Assembly: GCA_002269645.1 (NCBI GenBank)
Contig: NIVC01000031.1
Location: 558,001-622,000, forward strand
From: Macrostomum lignano
Lineage: Eukaryota
Direction: 5' to 3'
Length of the DNA: 64,000 nt
Below the pieces are notes generated by a model that made no database searches, had not been told where the DNA came from, and was given only the letters and a program-made list of their open reading frames with translations. The position numbers and the translations under genes were made by a program. Below are positions 48,030 to 58,900 of the stretch, in pieces; the stretch's first letter is position 1, and each line of letters opens with the position of its first letter.

Positions 48030-49590
48030 ACTGATTTTAGCGCCACATGGAAACTCATTTTAGCGCCACATGGAAACTCATTTTAGCGCCCCAAGGAAAC
48101 TCATTTTAGCGCCACATGGAAACTCATTTTAGCGCCACAAGGAAACTCATTTTAGCGCCACAAGGAAACTCATTTTAGCGCCACAGGCAACTCATTTTAG
48201 CGCCACAAGGAAACTCATTTTAGCGCCACAGGCAACTCATTTTAGTGCTACAGGAAACTCATTGGCCTTAAGGCTAATCATTTTAGCGCCACATGGAAAC
48301 TCATTTTAGCGCCACAGGTAACTCATTTTAGCGCCACAAGGAAACTCATTTTAGCGCCACAAGGAAACTCATTTTAGCGCCACAGGCAACTCATTTTAGT
48401 GCTACAGGAAACTCATTAGCCTTAAGGCTAATCATTTTAGCGCCACATGGAAACTCATTTTAGCGCCACAGGTAACTCATTTTAGCGCCACAAGGAAACT
48501 CATTTTAGCGCCACAAGGAAACTCATTTTAGCGCCACAGGCAACTCATTTTAGTGCTACAGGAAACTCATTAGCCTTAAGGCTAATCATTTTAGCGCCAC
48601 ATGGAAACTCATTTTAGCGCCACAGGTAACTCATTTTAGCGCCACAAGGAAACTCATTTTAGCGCCACAGGTAACTCATTTTAGCGCCACAAGGAAACTC
48701 ATTTTAGCGCCACAAGGGAACTCATTTTAGCGCCACAGGCAACTCATTTTAGTGCTACAGGAAACTCATTGGCCTTAAGGCTAATCATTTTAGCGCCACA
48801 TGGAAACTCATTTTAGCGCCATAAGGGAACTCATTTTAGCACAAGGGGAAATTCATTTTAGCGCCACAAGGGAACTTATTTTATCGCCACAAGGGAACTC
48901 ATTTTAGCGCCATAGGCAACTCATTTTAGTACTACAGGAAACTCATTAGCCTTAAGGCTAATCATTTTAGCGCCACATGGAAACTCATTTTAGCGCCACA
49001 GGCAACTCATTTTAGCGCCACATGGACACTCATTTTAGCGCCACATGGAAACTCATTTTAGCGCCACATGGACACTCATTTTAGCGTCACATGGAAACTC
49101 ATTTTAGCGCCACATGGAAACTCATTTTAGCGCCACAAGGAAACTCATTTTAGCGCCACATGGAAACTCATTTTAGCGCCACATGGAAACTCATTTTAGC
49201 GCCACAAGGAAACTCATTTTAGCGCCACAAGGAAACTCATTTTAGCGCCACAGGCAACTCATTTTAGTGCTACAGGAAACTCATTAGCCTTAAGGCTAAT
49301 CATTTTAGCGCCACATGGAAACTCATTTTAGCGCCACAGGCAACTCATTTTAGCGCCACAAGGAAACTCATTTTAGCGCCACATGAAACTCATTTTAGCG
49401 CCACAAGGAAACTCATTTTAGCGCCACAAGGAAACTCATTTTAGCGCCACAAGGAAACTCATTTTAGCGCCACAAGGAAACTCATTTTAGCGCCACAAGG
49501 AAACTCATTTTAGCCCAAGGGGAAACTCATTTTAGCGCCACAAGGGAACTCATTTTAGCGCCACAAGTAAAATCATTTAAGCGCCACACC
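48030..49590. repeat. 23-bp minisatellite AAACTCATTTTAGCGCCACAAGG with higher-order modules containing an 18-bp palindrome
   Basis: Tandem copies; ATTAGCCTTAAGGCTAAT (or the ATTGG- variant) recurs six times. Confidence 0.92.
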
Positions 49591-49910
49591 CAAGTCTGTT
49601 TTCGGTTGTTAAGCTGTAGCGACTGTAAAATCCATCTGACTCGGTCTGGGACTCCATGGCTGATCAGAAGTCTTAATTATTGATTATCTTCTAACTGGGC
49701 ACCCATCACTGCCTTGTTTGTGGTGGGTGTGTATTGGTGGGTTGGTGGCTCGAGGTTAAACTGTACAGATACCTCTGTGTGCATTCCTTCTTGGGGATAG
49801 AAAATCTTTTTTTCGGGGGGGGGGATGTGGAAGATTTTGGGTCTATAAAACCTTAGCAACAGCCTCCCACTCCGCACCACACAAGGCTCTCTCATAGCAG
49901 CTATACCGCA

Positions 49911-52900
49911 ATGTCTTCTGCGAAGGCTTCGCAGCCATTTTGGCCAGCAACTGTGCTGCTTTTGCTGGCCTGTCTCTACCAGCCATCCGTTAGCCAGCGC
50001 TACGGCCAGCCAATTCACAAGTTCTTCACTAATCCGCTGGTTCGGTATCCGGGCGGAGCCGAGGTCAACTTTGTTGACTCAACGATTCGTCGGATTGCCC
50101 TGCCACATCCGGTGATTTTCGGGGCGACTCGGACGGCCTATCATGAGATGTTTCTGCACAAGCAGATACCCGGCTTTGTGTTCTTCAGGAATCCAAATGT
50201 GCCGCCGGATATTGAAGCGTTGTACCCGAAGCCCTATGTCAAGGTTGGTTTCTAATTAAATTGGGCGCTATTCTAATTGAATTGGGCGCCATTCTAATTG
50301 AATTTGGGCGCCATTCTAATTGAATTGGGCGCCATTCTAATTGAATTGGGCGCCATTCTAATTGAATTAGGCGCCATTCTAATTGAATTGGGCGCCATTC
50401 TAATTGAACTGGACGCCATTCTAATTGAATTGGACGCCATTCTAATTGAATTGGGCACCATTTTAATTGAATTCGGCGCCATTCTAATTGAATTGGGCGC
50501 CATTCTAATTGAATTGGGCGCTATTCTGATTGAATTGGGCGCTATTCTGATTGAATTGGGCGCTATTGTGATTGAATTGGGCGCCATTCTAATTGAATTG
50601 GGCGCTATTCTAATTGAACTGGACGCCATTCTAAGTGAATTAGGCGCCATTCTAGTTGAATTGGGCGCCATTCTAATTGAATTGGGCGCTATTCTAATCA
50701 TTCTGAGCGCCATTCCATAAAATTAGGTGCCATTTTTTAATTGGGTGCCATTCTAATTGAATTGGGCGCCATTCTAATCAAATTGGGCGCCATTCTAATT
50801 GAATTGGACGCCATTCTAATCAAATTGGGCGCCATTCTAATCAAATTGGACGCCATTCTAATTGAATTGGACGCCATTCTAATTAAATTGGACGCAATTC
50901 TAATTTAATTGGGCACCATTTTAATTGAATTCGGCGCCATTCTAATTGAATTGGGCGCCATTCTAATTGAATTAGGCGCCATTCTAATTCAATTGAGCGC
51001 CATTCTAATCAAATTGGACGCCATTCTAATTGAATTGGAAGCCATTCTAATCAAAATGGGCGCCATATTGGTCGAATTTAGCGCCATTCCAATCAACTTG
51101 TGCGCCATTCTTATCTAATTGGGCGCCATCTTAATCAAACTGGGCGCCAGTCTAATCAAATTTGGCGCCATTCTTATCGAATTGGGCGCCATTCTGGTTA
51201 ATATTTAGCGCCTGATTACATGTAGTTGACGGTATCGTCTATTTTACTGAACTACCCGAGCTCACCTCTTCAGGTACTCAACGAGTTCCGCGATCGCAGC
51301 CAGAACAAGGTGGACTTCTTTGTTCGTTCAATCAGAATCAGTGCGACAGCCAACTGCGTTGACAGAAAATTTGCCAACCTGTTCAAAGACACGGCCAATC
51401 AGGTGTTCACCTACTCGGACACCGGCTACTTCTCGCCGCAGTCAATCACCGCCGTGACATTTCGTCGGCCAGCTGGACAAGCTGTTGGCAGTCTGGCTGA
51501 GATCGTGTTCGTCAATAGCGGGGTTGACACTGTGGCCTTTGTCACCTACGGCGGCGTGCCGGCTTCTGATCTGCATGCTGCGGGATTCTACGATGTAGGA
51601 GCAGGAAGCTCGGGGTCCTTGGCTCTGCCGCCCAGGTTTACTGAGGAGTCCAACATGGCTGAGTCAGGTGAGATGCCATAGACAGCTAATCTGGCCAATC
51701 ACGGGTGATTATTAGGAATAGAATATGGATTGCTAATCTAGCCAATCACGGGTGATTAACAGGAATAGAATATGGATTGCTAATCTAGCCAATCACGCTT
51801 GATTAATAGGAATAGAATATAGATTGCTAATCTAGTCAATCACATGTGATTATTAGGAATAGAATATGGATTGCTAATCTAGCCAATCACAGGTGATTAA
51901 TAGGAATAGAATATATATTGCTAATCTAGCCAATCACGGGTGATTATTAGGAATAGAATATGGATTGCTAATCTAGCCAATCACAGATGAGACTAGATGG
52001 CTAGATGGATTGCTAATCTAGCCAATCACAGGTGATTAAAAGGAATAGAATATGGATGGCTAATCTAGCCAATCACAGATGATTTATAGGAACAGAATAT
52101 GGATTGCTAATCTAGCCAATCACAGATGAGACTAGATGGCTAGATGGATTGCTAATCTAGCCAATCACGGGTGATTAATAGGAATAGAATATGGATTGCT
52201 AATCTAGCCAATCACAGATGAGACTAGATGGCTAGATGGATTGCTAATCTAGCCAATCACAGGTGATTAATAGGAATAGAATATGGATGGCTAATCTAGC
52301 CAATCACAGATGATTTATAGGAATAGAATATGGATGGCTAATCTAGCCAATCACAGATGATTTATAGGAACAGAATATGGATTGCTAATCTAGGCAATTA
52401 TACAGAATGTTCAAAAGCGCACCCTGCACCTTCACTCCCTCCAGGCAGCTGGGCATTCCGCCTCTCCCACCCCACCGGAGTGGCCTCCGCCAATGTCGAC
52501 CAATCCTTGCGTCGCATTCTCGACATGACCGCCCAGACTCAGGGCTTTCTGTCTGACAGACTGCTGGGCTGTCCGTGCAGCCTGTGCGACAGTCGGGCCA
52601 AGTGCTTGAACATCGCATCCGAGACTATGAGAGTTATTGACGGGTTCGCTAAGTGCTGCAGGTGTCAGGTGAAGCTTTAATTTTTAACTGTCGTTAAGCC
52701 CCTGACACCTTAGATAATCCAGCCTCAGAGGGGGCTACATCAGATAATCCTCAGTCTCAGATGAGGCTACATCAGATAATCCACAGTCTCAGATGCAGAT
52801 AATCCACAGTCTCAGATGAGGCTACATCAGATAATCCACAGTCTCAGACGAGGCTACATCAGATAATCCACAGTCTCAGATGAGGCTACATCAGATAATC

Positions 52901-55900
52901 CACAGTCTCAGATGAGGCTACATCAGATAATCCACAGTCTCAGATGAGGCTACATCAGATAATCCACAGTCTCAGATGAGGCTACATCAGATAATCCTCA
53001 GTCTCAGATGCAGATAATCCACAGTCTCAGATGAGGCTACATCAGATAATCCTCAGTCTCAGATGCAGATAATCCACAGTCTCAGATGAGGCTACATCAG
53101 ATAATCCACAGTCTCAGACGAGGCTACATCAGATAATCCACAGTCTCAGATGAGGCTACATCAGATAATCCTCAGTCTCAGATGCAGATAATCCACAGTC
53201 TCAGATGAGGCTACATCAGATAATCCACAGTCTCAGATGCAGATAATCCACAGTCTCAGATGAGGCTACATCAGATAATCCACAGTCTCAGATGAGGCTA
53301 CATCAGATAATCCACAGTCTCAGATGAGGCTACATCAGATAATCTTCAGTCTCAGATGCAGATAATCCACAGTCTCAGATGAGGCTACATCAGATAATCC
53401 ACAGTCTCAGATGAGGCTACATCAGATAATCCACAGTCTCAGATGAGGCTACATCAGATAATCCACAGTCTCAGATGAGGCTACATCAGATAATCCTCAG
53501 TCTCAGATGCAGATAATCCACAGTCTCAGATGAGGCTACATCAGATAATCCACAGTCTCAGACGAGGCTACATCAGATAATCCACAGTCTCAGATGAGGC
53601 TACATCAGATAATCCACAGTCTCAGATGAGGCTACATCAGATAATCCACAGTCTCAGATGAGGCTACATCAGATAATCCACAGTCTCAGATGAGGCTACA
53701 TCAGATAATTCACAGTCTCAGATGAGGCTACATCAGATAATCCACAATAATCCACAGTTAAAATTCCTCAAGCAAATAATCCTCTGACCTAATCCATGGA
53801 CTCCCTCCGCCAGGGCTTAAACAGTTACCTTGGCAACGGGTACGAGTGCGCGGACACGGGAACTCCGCTGCCCGTGTTCTTTCCGAGCCTGCCCTCCGAT
53901 AGCTCCGCCAACTCCAACGTCGAAGGCAACGCCACCTTCGTTCAAGGCAATCTTGACATTTTCTTTCGACCAATGGATTCCTCATCGCCCAGTCCGACTC
54001 AGAGGCAGCTGACAGCTCTGATTAAACTGTCTGAGCCAGTTTTGGCCAACATAGCTTTGCTTACTGCTGCTTCTAAAAGCGATTCTATCCAGAATCTGTT
54101 CGCGCTTAGCAACGTCATCAGGCGCAGGATGCAGCTAACGGCTATGGACGAAAGGAAGACAACCACATACGCTTCTTGGACCATTGAGCAGACCATCTGG
54201 AATCAGGTGCTGTTCAAGGCTACCAACACCACAATTAAGGTGAGTTTAGTGAATTATTCTGTAAATAGGCAGTGTGACTTTTACCTAAGTTAAACGTGTT
54301 GTTTGAGTCCTCCCAGATCTTTAGTTGCTGGGCCAGCCTCCCAGATTCTCAGTTGCTGGACTACCAGCCTCCCAGATCCTCAGTTGCTAGGCCAGCCTCC
54401 CAGATCCTCAGTTGCTGGACCACCAGCCTCCCAGATCCTCAGTTGCTGGGCCAGCCTCCCAGATCCTCAGTTTCTGTGCCAGCCGCCCAGATCCTCAGCT
54501 GCTGGGCCACCAGCCTCCCAAATCCTCAGTTGCTGTGCCGATGTCAAGATAGCATCCAGATTACCCAACAACTTAGCCTAACTTCATTGAAAACTTTATT
54601 CACACTACTCGCATAGCCGATTGCCAGTAGTCAGTTAGCGAGAGAGAATTTCCAACATGATGCTCCATCACGCAGATTGACTCCATCAGCGATGCGCTTT
54701 CAAGCGGCCTCGCAGTGGCTCTCTTAAATCAGGACCAGAGGGCAACCCAGTACGAGTTCACCAGAGTGCAGCGCAAATGGCTCACTCTGGAGTCGCGTCC
54801 GCCCACCAACTTCACAGTAACACCGATTCCAATTGACTTCACCAAGTCGTTGCCAACGCTCCGAATCGATTTCACGGACACCTGGGACCTTTCGCCGAGC
54901 TGCCAAGTTGAGACTAGGGTTGGTAAACTGCTACTTGAACGGGATTACAATCAGCTGGACATGCCCGAAGGCTTTCACTTCACCAGATTGGTTGGCAACG
55001 TGACCAGGTTAAGAACCTGTCGCGACCTGACCTGCGGGCCCGGCTCCCAGTGCGTCGTGGAAGGCCCGGTTGGTCAGGCTCAATGTCGCTGCCTTGCTGG
55101 CTACGTTGAGTCCGGCGCTGGCGCCTGCCGGGCTGTCTGCGGACCGAATTTGTGCGACGTCAACGCCGAGTGCCTGATCAACAAGTGCATCTGCGCGTCT
55201 GGCTACTCTGGTGACGGGCTGGTGTGTCAGGCCGATGACAGGGACTGCCGACTGGCTCAGGTTGGTGAGCACGGTGCTCTGTACACAGTATCCTGACATC
55301 ATTTCTGACATTACTGCTGACATTCTCCTGACATCACTGCTGACATTCTCCTGACATCACTGCTAACATTCTCCTGACATCACTGCTGACATTCTCCTGA
55401 CATCACTGTTAACATTCTTTTGATATCACTGCTTACATTCTCCTGACATCACTGCTGACATTCTCCTGACATCCCCGCACTCTCCTGACATTCCCGCCGC
55501 TCCCCAGGCCGCCTGTCGTCCTGAGGACGGCTTCGCCTGCATGCAGCAGGCTACTCGCAGCGGCATTGAGTACCGCTGCCAGTGCGGCAGCAGCAAGTGC
55601 ATCCGCGAGGCCGACGCCGCCTGCCGACAGCAAGCCGGCTGCAGCCAATTCGCCAACTGCCTGCCGGGAGCCAACGGCGGTCCCAGCACCTGCGTGTGTC
55701 GTCAAGGTGAGGCCCAGCCTGGTTTAAGCTCCAAGACACACCTGGGGTTTAAGCTCAAAGACACACCTGGGGTTTAAGCTCAAAGACACACCTGGGGTTT
55801 AAGCTCCAAGACACACCTGAAGTTTAAGCTCCAAGACACACCTGGGGTTTAAGCTCAAAGACACACCTGGGGTTTAAGCTCCAAGACACACCTGGGGTTT

Positions 55901-58900
55901 AAGCTCCAAGACACACCTGGGGTTTAAGCTCCAAGACACACCTGGGGATTAAGCTCCAAGACACACCTGGGGATTAAGCTCCAAGACACACCTGGGGATT
56001 AAGCTCAAAGACACACCTGGGGTTTAAGCTCTAAGACACACCTGGTGTTTAAGCTCCAAGACACACCTGGGGATTAAGCTCCAAGATACACCTGGGGTTT
56101 AAGCTCTAAGATACACCTGTGGTTTAAGCTCTAAGATACACCTGGGGTTTAAGCTCTAAGATACACCTGGGGTTTAAGCTCCAAGATACACCTGTGGTTT
56201 AAGCTCTAAGGTACGCCTGTACATGTACATTTATATTGCCACACCACTTCGAACTCGCACGAAGGCTTCAAGGGTGACGGTCGAGTTTGCCTCCCAGAGC
56301 TGTGCGCCGACAACGCCACTTGCTCTGACGCCGGTGCCTACGCATTCTGCAACGCCAGCCGCCTGTGCGACACCTGCCCTCCGCCCAAGAGCATCGCCGC
56401 GGGCAGGTGCCTCTCCCGGCCTTGCCAGCCGAGCGACTGCATGGAGAATGCCCAGTGCGACCCCGTTAGCAACGCGTGCGTTTGCAAGCCCGGATTCGCT
56501 GCTAACCGGCTGGGCGGGTGCAGCATCGCTTGCCGAACTGTGCAGGTGAGAATCAAAGCGAGTGTTGTTCAGCCCTTGGGTTTTCCGTTGTTGGAGACGG
56601 TTTTGGTTGGTCCTGCAGCCTGGCGCACTTTAAGCGACATTGTCGTACAACCGACGGGAGACATCACTGCCCATTCCGCCGACTCCCCTGAGCAGGCACA
56701 CAAGCGCGCGGATACGTACGCAGTCATACGCACAGGCGGACACCCGTTGGATTTTGATTTTTTTAAGTAGGCATAAAAGGTGAAGAGTTTTGCACCTTCT
56801 GCCTCACTTTCGCCTCACTTATGCCTATTTTGTTCCACTTGTGCACCGCGTGTTCACCTGAGTGCCTCTGCAGGGTCAAAAGGTGAATTTAAGGCACGAA
56901 ATAGGCGGTAGGGGCACAGGTGTCATGGGGGAGTTAGGTGCATTAAAGGTGCACAATGTGCATTGGAGGCACAAAAAGTGAACAAAAGGTGCACAGTGGG
57001 CACTTCAGGCGTAGAAGCAATGCAAGGGGCGTTCCAACTTTGCTACTTTTCCTCACTATTCTTTAAACAGATTCGAAACTTTTCCTTACTAATGCAAAAC
57101 TCACTATGCAACTCTCAGTTAATTTTTATTACTAATTCCCGTTAGAAAAGTTATGCAGCTGCGTAGGCATAAAAGGTGATCAAGGTGCACAAAAGAGGCA
57201 TTTAGTGGCCTGTTTCGTGCGTGTTTTGGAAATGCACCTGCTTACGCCGTACATCATGTACGACTCGTACACCTTACGCACCTTTACTGCCCCTACCACC
57301 GCAACCAATCAAAACGGACCATTCCCCAAATGCCTGACCACTTCACCGATTGTACACCTTTCATGCCTCTTTTTTGCATTTCGAAAGCATACACGAAATA
57401 GGCCACTTAGTGCCTCTTTTGTGCACCTTACGGCTCCACCACCCCTACAAAACGTGATCAAAACATTTACAGGACTGCAACAAGGATGTGCTTCCCAACG
57501 ATTTGGAAATACTAAACGCCACAATGGGCTGCATGTCTGGTGTCTGCGAATGTCGGCCGGGCTACACAGTGGACAGGCAGGACGCGACCTCCTTGACCTT
57601 GACTTGCACCAACTGCGACTCGGACTCCATGTGCCTGCGCGGCGCCACCTGCCAGACAGACGTCCGCCTGTCCGGTGTCCGGCTGTGCAAGTGTCCGCCG
57701 GGCAAAGTTGGCGACGGGAAGTCGGCGTGCGACGAGTGCCAGCCGGGTCAGACTGGCTCGTCGCCATTGGCCTGCGGCACCAACGCCAAGTGCGAGAGTC
57801 GGCCTGGTGGGCGAACTTGTCGGTGCCGGTACGGCTACAAGTCGGAGAACCCGAAGGTATTGGCTGCGAAGTCTGGTGTGCTTTGGTTGTTGGGGTCGTT
57901 TTCGTTTAGGAGAGAGGCGCTATTTATGTTAGAGAGGGGCGCCATTCCATTTGAGAGAGGCGCCACTTCATTTAAGAGAGAGGGGCGCCATTTCATTTGA
58001 TAGGAAGCATTTGATAAGAGATCGCCTACTGAAAAGTAGCAAGAAAAGAATGTAAAGAATAATAGTTTATTAGAACTTTGAAAAGTGAGCGCCCACACAT
58101 TTTTTCAGTTTTTCTGATGACTTTACACATGTACTTCTAACTGTTGTTGCAGGATCAAGGATGCGTCAAAGAAGACACGCTACTGATGCTCAGCAACGGG
58201 ACTCAGGTAAAGTGACCTTGGTGATTGTTGGTTAGGCAAGGTGACCTTGGTGATTGTTGGTTAGGCAAGATGACCTTGGTGATTGTTAGTTAGGCAAGGT
58301 GACCTTGGTGATTGTTGGTTAGGCAAGGTGACCTTGGTGATTGTTAGTTAGGCAAGGTGACCTTGGAGATTGTTGGTTAGGCAAGGTGCCTTGGTGATTG
58401 TTAGTTAGGCAAGGTGACCTTGGAGATTGTTAGTTAGGCAAGGTGACCTTGGTGATTGTTAGTTAGGCAAGGTGACCTTGGTGATTGTTAGTTAGGCAAG
58501 GTGACCTTGGAGATTGTTAGTTAAGCAAGGTGACCTTGGTGATTGTTGGTTAGGCAAGGTGACTTTTGGTAAGGCAAGGTGACTGTTGGTAAGGCAAGGT
58601 AGCCTTGGTTATTATTAGTAAGGCAAGGTGACCTTAGTGATTGTGGTAAGGCAAGGTGACCTTGGTGATTGTTGGTAAGGCAAGGTGGCCTTGGTGATTG
58701 TTGGTTAGGCAAGGTGACTGTTGGTAAGGCAAGGTGACTGTTGGTAAGGCAAGGTAACCTTGGTGATTATTAGTAAGGCAAGGTGACTGTTGGTAAGGCA
58801 AGGTGACTGTTGTCAAGGCAAGGTAACCTTGGTGATTATTAGTAAGGCAAGGTGACCTTGGTGATTGTTGATAAGGCAAGGTGACCTTGGTGATTGTTGG

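Noticed and set aside
50294-51118. (GAILIEL)n membrane-like and (MAPNSIR)n ORFs
   Set aside because: Translations of the 21-bp intronic minisatellite.
56760-57430. GTGCAC-rich MITE-like stretch in NID intron 7
   Set aside because: Could not define termini or a consistent repeat unit by eye.
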